Below are positions 26,261 through 35,246 of a DNA stretch of 64,000 nucleotides, one piece after another. A program made the translations under genes and the position numbers. The DNA lies in the IMG/VR virus record IMGVR_UViG_3300037483_000947; one strand, written 5' to 3'. The stretch comes from a virus. Position 1 is the stretch's first letter; the number at the start of each line of letters is the position of its first letter. Under the pieces are notes generated by a model that was not told the origin of the DNA, did no database searches, and was given only the letters and a program-made list of their open reading frames with translations.

Positions 26261-26695
26261 TTAAAATTTATTATTTCTATCAAACATAATTATCGAACCA
26301 GCAACAGCAACGTTTAAGCACCTAGGCGTATTAATATGCACTGTTGCCTGACATAAATACTGTATTTCTTCGGGTAATCCCGTGTCCTCTGCGCCTAACA
26401 AATAAACTGCCCTTTCCGGATGAATAAAGTTTTTTAAATCTCTTGATTTTTCGGACTGTTCAATGCCGATTAATTTACAATCATAAGGTCTAAATTTTTC
26501 AAAATCTTGGTAAGTATCATATTGATATAGCGGAATATGTTTATAGGCACTTGTGGTATCGGAAGATTGTTTTTTATAGCGTTTTCCAATTACAAAAATG
26601 AATGAAGCTCCAAAATTATGAGCCGACCTCCAAAGCGTGCCTAAGTTCATTTTGTTTTTACCGTTGTAAATCCCTATCCCGAAATATCCTCTCAT
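26261..26695 (-). CDS. SPOUT (SpoU/TrmH/TrmL-like) RNA 2'-O-methyltransferase
   Basis: 144 aa with GIGIYNGKNKMNLGTLWRSAHNFGA..LLGAEDTGLP..INTPRCLNVAVAGSIIMFD. Confidence 0.75.
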   Translation of the reverse strand: MRGYFGIGIYNGKNKMNLGTLWRSAHNFGASFIFVIGKRYKKQSSDTTSAYKHIPLYQYDTYQDFEKFRPYDCKLIGIEQSEKSRDLKNFIHPERAVYLLGAEDTGLPEEIQYLCQATVHINTPRCLNVAVAGSIIMFDRNNKF

Positions 26696-26697
26696 TT

Positions 26698-27216
26698 TTA
26701 ATTTTTCTCCACTTTGATTAAACTTAACAGGTCTTTTATACTTTCTTCTAAGCTCTGAGTCTTACCCACTCTCTTAGAAATTTTTTTTAAAAAATTTTCT
26801 TCTTTATTCTTTGTATTATTAATTGTATTATTCTTATATAGAGTGGAGGGGGGTATTACGACATTTTTGTCATGGTAGGGTGACATTTTTGTCATGCTTA
26901 CCATGACATTTTTGTCACTACCGATATTCGTTAGGTAAATAAAGCGATAGTTTTTATCACCCCTTTCGGTAGAAATAAACCCTTGTTTTTCCAAACTTGA
27001 CACCCACCGCTGAATTGTGCGTATATCACGTTTATATAGGTTCGCGAAATACTCATTTTTTGCCCAGCAATATCCCTGCTTATTACAGAGTGCCGTAATT
27101 TCACCATAAAGGTGTTTAGCACCCATTGAGAGTTTCTCATGGTACCTTACCGAAGCAGGAGTAACACTCCAGAATCCGGGCTGAATATCCTCTAAACCCT
27201 CAGTTTTCTTTGGCAT
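26698..27216 (-). CDS. replication-initiator-like winged-helix protein (tentative)
   Basis: KLSMGAKHLYGEITALCNKQGYCWAKNEYFANLYKRDIRTIQRWVSSLEKQGFI is a DnaD/HTH_36-like pattern. Lies upstream of dnaB. Start uncertain (27216, 27228 or 27261). Confidence 0.4.
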   Translation of the reverse strand: MPKKTEGLEDIQPGFWSVTPASVRYHEKLSMGAKHLYGEITALCNKQGYCWAKNEYFANLYKRDIRTIQRWVSSLEKQGFISTERGDKNYRFIYLTNIGSDKNVMVSMTKMSPYHDKNVVIPPSTLYKNNTINNTKNKEENFLKKISKRVGKTQSLEESIKDLLSLIKVEKN

Positions 27217-27481
27217 CAGTAACTCCATCCACGGGTGCCGGAAGCGAATCCTCCTCATCACCGTTAAATTTCAATTGCCCGTTATTCCTGCTCTGTTGCA
27301 GCATTACAGACCGTTTTTTGCTCTGCAGCTTCTCAATCTTACGGTTAATTTTCAGTATATCATTTACCGCCTGGCACTTCATCCCCACAGGGACAGTCAC
27401 TCCATCACGATGAACTAATACCAGTTTCCCCGCCAGCATGGTCTGCAGTTGATTCTTTGTGTATAAAATTGGTTTTTCCAT
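27200..27481 (-). CDS. hypothetical protein
   Basis: 93-aa ORF. Confidence 0.4.
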   Translation of the reverse strand: MEKPILYTKNQLQTMLAGKLVLVHRDGVTVPVGMKCQAVNDILKINRKIEKLQSKKRSVMLQQSRNNGQLKFNGDEEDSLPAPVDGVTDAKEN

Positions 27482-27487
27482 ATTGCT

Positions 27488-27703
27488 TTAAAGTCTAAAT
27501 TTTTCTTCTGTTTCAAGCATTGTTTCTGCTTCTATTTTTGCTTGTTTGCTATTATAATCCCATTTATCATCTAGGTGCTGGGAGATTATTTCTGCCTTTT
27601 TAAGTAATTTTAAACAATTCTTTCTATTTAAAATAAAAGTTCGGGTAAACTTCAGTGCGAATTTTATATAATAAAAATCTTTATCTGTTAAAATTATCCC
27701 CAT
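27488..27703 (-). CDS. hypothetical protein
   Basis: 71-aa ORF. First gene after a 187-nt gap that carries word repeats. Confidence 0.4.
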   Translation of the reverse strand: MGIILTDKDFYYIKFALKFTRTFILNRKNCLKLLKKAEIISQHLDDKWDYNSKQAKIEAETMLETEEKFRL

Positions 27704-27890
27704 TTCTCTGCGCCCCTCTGTGGCTTAATAAAATTTTTAATTCGCGTAATTAGCGTGTTTTAAGCCCTTCCCCTACCATTTCCACCTTTTCTACCCTGAA
27801 CTCTCAACCTACCCCTGTTTCCTGCTTCCACAATTCATTCTGGAAAGGCACTGTGTCAGCACTCATTCTCTTTTGCTGGTGCTGAAGAGA

Positions 27891-28085
27891 TCACCCCTGC
27901 CTGTAATCCGGGTTAATTGGTTTATCGTGCTTCTTCCTCGATGCCTCCAGGCAATCAATAATGTCCGGTTCTTTGGGTGCTGCATCTATCTTTTTTTTAA
28001 GTTTACGAGTGCTTACAACATGACTTAATACAATAGCACCCGCAAGAATTGTTATCAACATGACAATTATGTCTAATGTGTTCAT
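27891..28085 (-). CDS. small membrane protein
   Basis: Trimmed to MNTLDIIVMLITILAGAIVLSHV (one TM segment). ATGA overlap with the upstream stop. Confidence 0.4.
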   Translation of the reverse strand: MNTLDIIVMLITILAGAIVLSHVVSTRKLKKKIDAAPKEPDIIDCLEASRKKHDKPINPDYRQG

Positions 28086-28315
28086 TTCTTCACCTCCACA
28101 AACTCTTTCCATGTGTACTGAGTACATTTGCAGAGAGCACACTGACCTCCGTTAACATCATGCGTCGGGTCTTTATCGTTAGCCAGATGCTCTAATTTTA
28201 AGTGCCCGCAATGACACCGCTCTGGAGCAGGTCCACTCTCTTTTTGCAGCTTGTAATCTTCTTCATTTGGCTCATCTATCCGTTCAAGATTCCCGTATAT
28301 TTTTGCCCAGCTCAT
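28082..28315 (-). CDS. Cys/His-rich small protein
   Basis: 77 aa with CHCGH...CALCKC. Confidence 0.45.
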   Translation of the reverse strand: MSWAKIYGNLERIDEPNEEDYKLQKESGPAPERCHCGHLKLEHLANDKDPTHDVNGGQCALCKCTQYTWKEFVEVKK

Positions 28316-28327
28316 ATTATTACTCCT

Positions 28328-28792
28328 TTAATTAATTATTGAAATTTCCACACCTGCTTTGACCTTATCCACTTCATACGGCAGGAACACCGGCAGAAGC
28401 TCATCAGCATTATCATCTGTAATCCAGCCGTATCTTACCATCAGGTCCTGCACCAGCTGTGCCGCATTGATGTAGTCAAACCTCCTGTTTGAATCCCTGA
28501 TGAAGCGGAATCCCACCTTCAACGGCTTCGGAAGCCTCATCACCATCCTATGCCAGTAACCTCCGTTAGCTTCCCACTGTAGTTCAGTTTTTTTGATGTA
28601 TTCCCGCACCTGCTTTGAATAAAGCATGGTTGACCTCCGCTGAAACTTTAATGCTTGAAACTCCGCCCCGGTCATGTGTGACTGCAGAGGCACACCTGCC
28701 GCAACCGTGATCCTTTTCTTTTTCACATCAACAATATCCTTCGAGTTCTTTAAACTCGGCACATTCCCATAGATTATTATCTTCTCAATCAT
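28328..28792 (-). CDS. RusA-like Holliday-junction resolvase (tentative)
   Basis: GNVPSLKNSK..., then RFDYINAAQLVQDLMVRYGWITDDN. This resembles the RusA D-x-D-N...DD pattern. Confidence 0.45.
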   Translation of the reverse strand: MIEKIIIYGNVPSLKNSKDIVDVKKKRITVAAGVPLQSHMTGAEFQALKFQRRSTMLYSKQVREYIKKTELQWEANGGYWHRMVMRLPKPLKVGFRFIRDSNRRFDYINAAQLVQDLMVRYGWITDDNADELLPVFLPYEVDKVKAGVEISIIN

Positions 28793-29007
28793 TGGTTCAT
28801 CCTTGCTATTTTTAAATGCACACCCATCATCATGTTAAAAAAATCCTGCTCAATTGTCATTTGTTTAATATATCCAATTGGGAATCCCCTGGATTTAAGT
28901 GCTTTTTTCTGTTGCTTATATTCCCAGTAAATATCCAATATTTCAGCATGGATACAACCATGTGTTCTTCTCTCTGCGTTCTCTGCGCCTTTGCGTGAAA
29001 TACTCAT
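28789..29007 (-). CDS. hypothetical protein
   Basis: Trimmed to MSISRKGAENAERR at 29007 (ATGA overlap). The N-terminus is encoded by a CTYTGCG triple repeat. Confidence 0.4.
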   Translation of the reverse strand: MSISRKGAENAERRTHGCIHAEILDIYWEYKQQKKALKSRGFPIGYIKQMTIEQDFFNMMMGVHLKIARMNQ

Positions 29008-29357
29008 TCTTCTATCTCTAGATTCGGTATTATTTTCAGAGCACCTTTTATTACCAGCACACCTATTGTCGTGATTAGCCACTGCATGATTCTTAACCGC
29101 ACATGATAAGTCCAATACCAGTTCTTTTCCTGAAACGATTTAATAACATTTATCTCAATAAGTTCAGTTTTACCCTCAGCACACCATTTTTCATATATCA
29201 TTACATCTTTCATATTCTCCGAATAGCAAATAACAACCTCCTCCAGCGTAAGCGATTCCCCCGATTTCAGTTTCTTACACAACAACTCATAAAGCCCTTT
29301 TTGTGCTATTGTCAGTTCTCTGAACTGGTTGCTTGTATTTAATTTCAGACTTTTCAT
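29004..29357 (-). CDS. hypothetical protein
   Basis: 117-aa ORF. Confidence 0.45.
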   Translation of the reverse strand: MKSLKLNTSNQFRELTIAQKGLYELLCKKLKSGESLTLEEVVICYSENMKDVMIYEKWCAEGKTELIEINVIKSFQEKNWYWTYHVRLRIMQWLITTIGVLVIKGALKIIPNLEIEE

Positions 29358-29653
29358 TCCGTCTCCGAATCCAACCCCTGTTTTCTTAATTCTTTAATAA
29401 TATTCATATCTTCACTACGGTTCTTTAAAATTTCAATAGTAGTGGCATCTGGTTTATACTTAGGGCGGGTTTTATCTTGAAAAGTTATATATTCTGTTCC
29501 ATCGGGTTCTACACGAATGATTGATTTGCCGTAAATCATTCTATCAACCAGTAACCTCGCAAAAAAGGCTGTTACCTCTGGATTCTCTGGATATAGCTTA
29601 CGCGCTAATTTTACCAGCTTGATTGATAATTTTTGTTTAATTTTTATCCACAT
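29354..29653 (-). CDS. hypothetical protein
   Basis: 99-aa ORF. Confidence 0.45.
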   Translation of the reverse strand: MWIKIKQKLSIKLVKLARKLYPENPEVTAFFARLLVDRMIYGKSIIRVEPDGTEYITFQDKTRPKYKPDATTIEILKNRSEDMNIIKELRKQGLDSETE

Positions 29654-29682
29654 TTTTCCGCAGCTTTTTTTTCTTCTTAAAA

Positions 29683-29787
29683 TTAATGTCTTGCTTTCTT
29701 AATTTCTTTCCTGCACATCAGCCGCATTATGAGACCCAGCAACAGCATCATTCCCACCCACACACCTATGATTAGTAAATATTTCAT
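29683..29787 (-). CDS. 34-aa single-pass membrane peptide (below ORF-track cutoff)
   Basis: MKYLLIIGVWVGMMLLLGLIMRLMCRKEIKKARH. Its ATG overlaps the upstream TGA (ATGA). Translated by hand. Confidence 0.35.
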   Translation of the reverse strand: MKYLLIIGVWVGMMLLLGLIMRLMCRKEIKKARH

Positions 29788-30008
29788 GCCGCCGCCTCAT
29801 TTTCAATAATTTTAGTTGTAACCATTTTTGACTCTGCATTAATACATAAATCAAAAAGATGTTTGTTCTCACATTCAAATCCTAAGTGCCTCCCGTTTGT
29901 AGATTCTATCCAAAAAGCAGTTGTAGCAGCACCACACGGGCATTTTGCTTTTTCAGGATCAAGCCGTAAGTGTTCTGGAGTATTTTTATAATCGGTTCTT
30001 ATTTTCAT
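29784..30008 (-). CDS. hypothetical protein
   Basis: 74-aa ORF with a CPCG motif. Confidence 0.45.
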   Translation of the reverse strand: MKIRTDYKNTPEHLRLDPEKAKCPCGAATTAFWIESTNGRHLGFECENKHLFDLCINAESKMVTTKIIENEAAA

Positions 30009-30943
30009 TGCTGTGCTCCCAGGCTTAAAACACTGTCAAGATAAGGGCACCCCTGTGAGTAAACATCGTAATCCACTGGCAAACCACATAGTTCAAGAAG
30101 ATGTGCCTGTTCTTCCTCTGTTATTTCACCCCAAAAATCTACAAGTTTTCTCCCGCCAAATACTCCTAAATAAAATCTTTTATCCCTCTCCGCAGCTTTT
30201 TTAACCTTCTCCTTTTCCGCTATCACCGTTTCTTTCCCGCCGGATGTTATTGAAACTCCCGTCACACCTGATTTAGGATCATTAACCAAATTCTCAATAT
30301 CTTTTACGAATCTCACTGCCCCTTTCTTAACCTTCTTATTTTTCATTACCTCCTTCACCAGCTCCATTTGCCCATTTTCCTCCGTGCTCTCTGTGGCTGG
30401 TTTTTCTTTCTTCTTATCATCCATCTCCCCATCCTGAGCGTAGTCGAAGGACTCCTGCCCCTCATTCGCCGCTCTCTCACCATTGATATACTTCTCCGCC
30501 TCTGCAGTGAGCCTTAACAGCGCCGTAGTACAGCCCTCCGGCAGTAACTGTTCTGTTATAGCCTCTTCGGGAGTGTTTTCGCTGTATGATTGACTCGCTT
30601 TATACGGCGTGTTCAGCTGCAAAGGTGAGTTTGATTCCAGCAGTGTCATATTCGCGTTCATTGTAGCGCCCATCACTTCATTCTCCCCGGCGTATGCAAA
30701 ACTTACACCCCTCACAGTAATCCTGTCCTCAAAATTCTCCTGCTGTTCACAGATTTCACGGACATAACAGGCCAGATTCTTCAGTGCTAACAGAAAACTC
30801 GGCGTAGGTGCCTCCAGCGATCTGAACTCAAATTCGTTCCAGTCACCGGCTTTGTTCTGCACCTCATACTTGAACTCAAACTTATCCTTGCCTGAGTCTG
30901 TTTTTTTGATTTTTATTTTAAGAAACCTCATGCTTTGCCTCAC
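30005..30943 (-). CDS. hypothetical protein
   Basis: 312-aa ORF. The acidic linker carries both the 18-nt repeat (FDYAQD) and a CTCTGTG doublet (KPATESTE). Confidence 0.5.
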   Translation of the reverse strand: MRQSMRFLKIKIKKTDSGKDKFEFKYEVQNKAGDWNEFEFRSLEAPTPSFLLALKNLACYVREICEQQENFEDRITVRGVSFAYAGENEVMGATMNANMTLLESNSPLQLNTPYKASQSYSENTPEEAITEQLLPEGCTTALLRLTAEAEKYINGERAANEGQESFDYAQDGEMDDKKKEKPATESTEENGQMELVKEVMKNKKVKKGAVRFVKDIENLVNDPKSGVTGVSITSGGKETVIAEKEKVKKAAERDKRFYLGVFGGRKLVDFWGEITEEEQAHLLELCGLPVDYDVYSQGCPYLDSVLSLGAQQ

Positions 30944-31223
30944 TTTCTTTTATGGACTCTCTTTTTTCTTCTCTGTCACAAACTGAACACCTAAACCTAT
31001 TTTTTACAGCTTCAGGAGGATAGCCGCGAACTGGTTCCCATTTATGCTCGGCATCATTCAGACACTCTGCCTGTTCACTGCTATATGTTCTGGAGATATA
31101 AATTGAGAAAGTAAAATTTTTATCACACGCCCCGCAATTTGCCTCATAAGTCGTATCTTCCTCATAGCACCCCTCTGGTGCCTCCATCATGTGCCCGCAA
31201 TAAGGACATTTTAATTCTTTCAT
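30918..31223 (-). CDS. zinc-finger protein
   Basis: CPYCGH..CGACD..CSVCD. Confidence 0.5.
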   Translation of the reverse strand: MKELKCPYCGHMMEAPEGCYEEDTTYEANCGACDKNFTFSIYISRTYSSEQAECLNDAEHKWEPVRGYPPEAVKNRFRCSVCDREEKRESIKESEAKHEVS

Positions 31224-31459
31224 TGTTTTTCTTCCTCCTCCTTTGGGAGTGCATTAACCGTGTTAATGCTGTTATTATTTCCTGAAAACTTATCCACAAA
31301 ATGCCCGGTTGCAAGTCTCAGTTTATGGATACATCTCCCATATTCAGCATCCGAAATTTCCTCAAATAATTCCGGAAACTTCTGGACACTGCATACCCGT
31401 TGTTTGAACACCGCCCCTTCAGGCAGATAGTCTATTTTAGTTTTTAATATAAATGGCAT
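31220..31459 (-). CDS. hypothetical protein
   Basis: 79-aa ORF. Confidence 0.45.
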   Translation of the reverse strand: MPFILKTKIDYLPEGAVFKQRVCSVQKFPELFEEISDAEYGRCIHKLRLATGHFVDKFSGNNNSINTVNALPKEEEEKQ

Positions 31460-31461
31460 TG

Positions 31462-31710
31462 TTAACTCTCCTTTATTTTTTCTGCTTTATTCCAGAAAAT
31501 TTTACTCTCTGCTTCTCTTAAATCACCTTTTGCTTTTCGTAACTTGACACTCGTAACTCGTAACTTCCATATCAGCCACACCGTAAGCAGAGGCCACAGC
31601 ACACAGAATATTATCACATTTATCGCCGCGTAACTTATTCCCAGCATCCCGCTCAACCACAACAGCCACAGCACACACACCTTGAAAACGTATATTAAAA
31701 TCTCTTCCAT
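31462..31710 (-). CDS. membrane protein
   Basis: 82 aa with two hydrophobic segments. Contains a GTTACGA x3 word repeat (KLRVTSVKLRK). Confidence 0.45.
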   Translation of the reverse strand: MEEILIYVFKVCVLWLLWLSGMLGISYAAINVIIFCVLWPLLTVWLIWKLRVTSVKLRKAKGDLREAESKIFWNKAEKIKES

Positions 31711-31724
31711 GTTATTCTCCTATT

Positions 31725-32078
31725 TTAAAATAATTTTTCTGTATATCTAAACCCTTGAAAACCCTTCATTTTTATGGGTTTTAATTTTACAATCGGGGCG
31801 GTTATAATTACCCATAATTTTGAAGTTCTAATAGACCCGTCAAAACAAGTAATAGGTTTTTTAATTTCTTTATATCCTGCTATATTTCCTCTGAATCTGA
31901 TTGACCCATTAATAAGAATGAAAAAATAAAGAACTTCATATTTGGGTTTACCGTTAATACTGAATATCCAATAAGCATCTGGGTCATTATTTAATTTCAT
32001 TAAATCTTTCTCGAACTCATTGCTCCAATAAGTTGAGGATGGTAATGTTTTTATTATTCCAATAGGTCTTTCAACCAT
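31725..32078 (-). CDS. hypothetical protein
   Basis: 117-aa ORF. Confidence 0.45.
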   Translation of the reverse strand: MVERPIGIIKTLPSSTYWSNEFEKDLMKLNNDPDAYWIFSINGKPKYEVLYFFILINGSIRFRGNIAGYKEIKKPITCFDGSIRTSKLWVIITAPIVKLKPIKMKGFQGFRYTEKLF

Positions 32079-32298
32079 TCATTTGTGATTCTTTATAGTG
32101 TTTTACTATCTCCGTAATTCTCTTATCATGTGTTTCAAATCCAAAAATCACCCCCGAATTGTTATCAATTAAACCAACATTTTTCAACACCCATTCGGCA
32201 AAATATCTAAGTTCGGGACAGCTAATTTCATGTTGAGTTTTCCCAATTAAACCTCCCCTTGATAATCCGCAGTATTTACAAGTATATTTTTTTGTCAT
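32071..32298 (-). CDS. hypothetical protein
   Basis: 75-aa ORF with CKYCG. Confidence 0.45.
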   Translation of the reverse strand: MTKKYTCKYCGLSRGGLIGKTQHEISCPELRYFAEWVLKNVGLIDNNSGVIFGFETHDKRITEIVKHYKESQMNG

Positions 32299-32399
32299 TC
32301 TCGTGTGTTATTTAGTTGCCTGCCCGGTTCGTGAAGGTAATGCTTATCAACCCTTCGCATTTTCTTTGGAGGAAAGTGCTTTCCCCAGGCAGGCATATT

Positions 32400-33461
32400 T
32401 TAAAACGGTAAATCATCTTTCAGTGCTTTTCTCTTGATTCCATATTCCTCATTTACTTTATCCACCAGCACTTTCGGCAGGGCCAGAATTCTGGGTTTTA
32501 ATTCCAACGCCTTTGCTTCCAGCGCCTCCACCGTTGAACATTGCCCGAATTTTATTATAATCTTCAAATACTCGGTTCCCTGTTCCTTGGTTGCACCTAC
32601 TATATCAGTTGCATGATTTTCCTGCTCTGTGCCCTCTGTGGCTGGTTTCTCCTCGGTCTTTATATCTGCTGGACTCCATTCCGCCTCCGGCAATGCCTTA
32701 TAACTATCATCCAGTTCAAGCCCGCCTGAGAGCCTCTTAAACGCTTCCTGATGTGTTTCAAGCAGGTTACTTTTCTCAGCCTCATCTATATGCCACACGG
32801 GATAACTCATATTCGCGCCTACCACCCACTCAACCTTTAGACTAAACGGTATCCCTATTAACTGTCCCGATGCAAAGAATTTCCAGAAGAACTCACTTGC
32901 TGCCCTTGCAGAATGATTTGAGAATAAATAACAATCCCAGTTCATCACCTTGTATTCGGGTCCCGTATTGGGATTCGCTACCCATGCCTTAAACCAGATA
33001 TCCCACATACACAGCTTCGGGTTAGTCACATCCTTACCAGTCTTTTTATCTTTTACGGTCTGTGCTAATCTCTTGCAAACACAATCTGTGAGTTCACCTT
33101 CGCCAAAACTCTCTTCATGGAACACACCCGCCTCATCCCGCAGTTGTAAGGTTTCAGGGATATGATGCAGGCACTCCTGCCCGTTGCACTCACGCACCTT
33201 GAAATGATTCCCCTCTTTGCTCGTTCCCCACTTATCTTTAATGATTTTACCGAAATCCATCAGGCTATTTGTCGGGAAGTACACAATCAGTTCTTTAGGC
33301 TCTTCACCATACACCGCCTGAAGTTCCGGGAAATCATCAATCATAAAATGAGGCACTGATTGAGGATTGCCCCGCTCATTTCTGTAACCGGATGTTATTT
33401 TCCCGCGCTGATCTGTTGGTATATTCAACGGCACATGCTCTGGTTTCATATTCCATCTCAT
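32400..33461 (-). CDS. hypothetical protein (recombination/replication module)
   Basis: 353-aa ORF. No family assigned with confidence. Linker KPATEGTEQEN is encoded by a CTCTGTG doublet. Confidence 0.5.
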   Translation of the reverse strand: MRWNMKPEHVPLNIPTDQRGKITSGYRNERGNPQSVPHFMIDDFPELQAVYGEEPKELIVYFPTNSLMDFGKIIKDKWGTSKEGNHFKVRECNGQECLHHIPETLQLRDEAGVFHEESFGEGELTDCVCKRLAQTVKDKKTGKDVTNPKLCMWDIWFKAWVANPNTGPEYKVMNWDCYLFSNHSARAASEFFWKFFASGQLIGIPFSLKVEWVVGANMSYPVWHIDEAEKSNLLETHQEAFKRLSGGLELDDSYKALPEAEWSPADIKTEEKPATEGTEQENHATDIVGATKEQGTEYLKIIIKFGQCSTVEALEAKALELKPRILALPKVLVDKVNEEYGIKRKALKDDLPF

Positions 33462-33463
33462 TG

Positions 33464-33754
33464 TTATTCTCTCTTCCAGTTAAGTTTTTCGGGATTATTG
33501 CATATATTTGTTATCGCACTAATGACTTCTTCCTTTGTTAAATGAATCTCATCTCCCAAAACAATATCCGATACATGACCTATTACTTCTCCAAATCTAT
33601 TCACAGATCCGTCAGGATATAAATGTGCCCAGCTACAGTTAAATTCTTTAAAATCTTTAAGAGTTGTAATCGCCCCATCAGGATAACCAGTAAGTATCAT
33701 ATTCCCCGTATCATATTTTTCCATTTTCCCCGTTAATGTAATTTTATATATCAT
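33464..33754 (-). CDS. hypothetical protein
   Basis: 96-aa ORF. Confidence 0.45.
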   Translation of the reverse strand: MIYKITLTGKMEKYDTGNMILTGYPDGAITTLKDFKEFNCSWAHLYPDGSVNRFGEVIGHVSDIVLGDEIHLTKEEVISAITNICNNPEKLNWKRE

Positions 33755-33937
33755 AATACTTTACTATCATCTATTTTATTTTTTAAAAGTTTAAACTACT
33801 CAGGGACTTGGCAGGGAATTTCACACCTGCACTCCAGCCGCAAAATCTACTGGCAGATAGTCTCGGAGCCTCAATTGCGGTTTATATCTCCGAGATTCAA
33901 GCTATCCTGTGTCTTATTTCACCACAAGCCCCTGATG

Positions 33938-34063
33938 TTAAAAATATACGGGGTCAAGTGAGCAACCACAGCACATCTCGCACTGCTCACCCCAGTCATT
34001 TGTTTTTTGAAAATGCCCGCATCTTTTGCACTCCTGTAATTTATGTGTCCAAAGTTCTGTCAT
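33938..34063 (-). CDS. 41-aa Cys-rich peptide (below ORF-track cutoff)
   Basis: MTELWTHKLQECKRCGHFQKTNDWGEQCEMCCGCSLDPVYF. ATG lies 18 nt after the upstream stop. Translated by hand. Confidence 0.35.
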   Translation of the reverse strand: MTELWTHKLQECKRCGHFQKTNDWGEQCEMCCGCSLDPVYF

Positions 34064-34081
34064 TTTTATTGGGTAACTATA

Positions 34082-34282
34082 TCAGTTAGGACAATTATAT
34101 TTTACAAAATGTTTAAACGCCGTATATTCAGAGGGTTCAAGCATTACAGCGAAACCCTCTCCGCTATAATAATTTCCTTCTTTATTCTTCTCGTGAAAAC
34201 ATCTGTCATTAATATTTTGAAGAATTAGGCATAAAACATCATATTCTTTTTGCGTAATATTTAAAGTTATTTTTTTGCCCAA
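34082..34282 (-). CDS. hypothetical protein
   Basis: 66-aa ORF. Confidence 0.4.
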   Translation of the reverse strand: MGKKITLNITQKEYDVLCLILQNINDRCFHEKNKEGNYYSGEGFAVMLEPSEYTAFKHFVKYNCPN

Positions 34283-34311
34283 AGTGTTATATGGTTACCT
34301 TTTATTCTTAA

Positions 34312-34851
34312 TTAGTGTTGGTGGTTTGTTTTGATACAATCTTCAAATGTATCCTCTGGAGACAATATTACTGTGTAAAAAACAGGATTCCCTTTTGTTA
34401 AAAACACACTCCCGGAGGGGAATCCTCTTGGTGGTTCGTCTCCTATCGGCTGTTCAGAAAATCTATAATCAGATATAATTTCTCCACACAATTCACATTT
34501 TTGGATTAAAGAATTATCCATATCTTTAACTATATGCCTAATAAAATGTTGTTTAGGTTGAGATAATCTATCTTCCATATTTTCAGGGACAAGTAATTTT
34601 CTAATTTGCTCATTCCTTTTTTTGCGTGATTTTTTTAACTCTTTTGCATATTTTTCATCAATTGGAGCAATGCAAACAGGTTCAAAAGCTCCCGTTGAAT
34701 GTCCAAATTTATCCTCAAGCATTATTCCCCATAGACTTGATGCAATATCCATCATATTGCCATATCCTATTTTTTCGCCGAGTTCTTTAACTGCCTGAAT
34801 TTCGGCAGTCCAATCAGCTTCCCAGTCTTTAATAGGTAATGTTGTTCCCAT
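34312..34851 (-). CDS. hypothetical protein
   Basis: 179-aa ORF. Confidence 0.5.
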   Translation of the reverse strand: MGTTLPIKDWEADWTAEIQAVKELGEKIGYGNMMDIASSLWGIMLEDKFGHSTGAFEPVCIAPIDEKYAKELKKSRKKRNEQIRKLLVPENMEDRLSQPKQHFIRHIVKDMDNSLIQKCELCGEIISDYRFSEQPIGDEPPRGFPSGSVFLTKGNPVFYTVILSPEDTFEDCIKTNHQH

Positions 34852-34886
34852 TTGTTTTATCCTTCTTGGTTAATTTTCGTTGTTAA

Positions 34887-35246
34887 TTAGTGTGCAAATT
34901 TCAACATTAGTTTTGCACTGCTGCTCCTCAGAGTCCTCAGCTCAAATACACTCTCATATTTCGGATGGTCTTTCAAAAACTTCCGCGCATACAGACAGGT
35001 AAAAGCATCATTTATCCTGAAATCCGTAGTTTTTTCCACCTCTACACTGCTCCACCACCGGATTCTCCCGCACACTTGCTTCGCCGATATCCGCACATCC
35101 TCCAGTTTCTTCCCCGCCTCCAGCTGCTTACTTATCCACTGCTCCGCGAACCTGCAGAACACCTTATACACTTCGGGATTAGCCTTGTCAAACTCCTCAA
35201 AAGCCTCCTCGATGGATTTACCGTTTATTTCTTCAAAATCTGCCAT
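34887..35246 (-). CDS. hypothetical protein
   Basis: 119-aa ORF. Confidence 0.5.
   Translation of the reverse strand: MADFEEINGKSIEEAFEEFDKANPEVYKVFCRFAEQWISKQLEAGKKLEDVRISAKQVCGRIRWWSSVEVEKTTDFRINDAFTCLYARKFLKDHPKYESVFELRTLRSSSAKLMLKFAH

Noticed and set aside
26931-27140. 69-aa ORF in an alternative frame inside 26698-27261.
   Set aside because: It is fully nested in a frame that has a recognisable wHTH pattern, has no start context, and is probably a chance ORF.
27761-27840. A ~70-nt polypyrimidine tract on the plus strand, which is a G-rich purine tract on the transcribed strand. Considered as a G-quadruplex.
   Set aside because: The G-runs of three or more are separated by 15-20-nt loops, which is too long for a canonical G4. 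No other support.
32318-32394. A cloverleaf-like 77-nt element considered as a tRNA.
   Set aside because: It has only two internal arms, with loop sizes wrong for D and T arms, and no T-loop consensus. It is retained only as a generic structured element.
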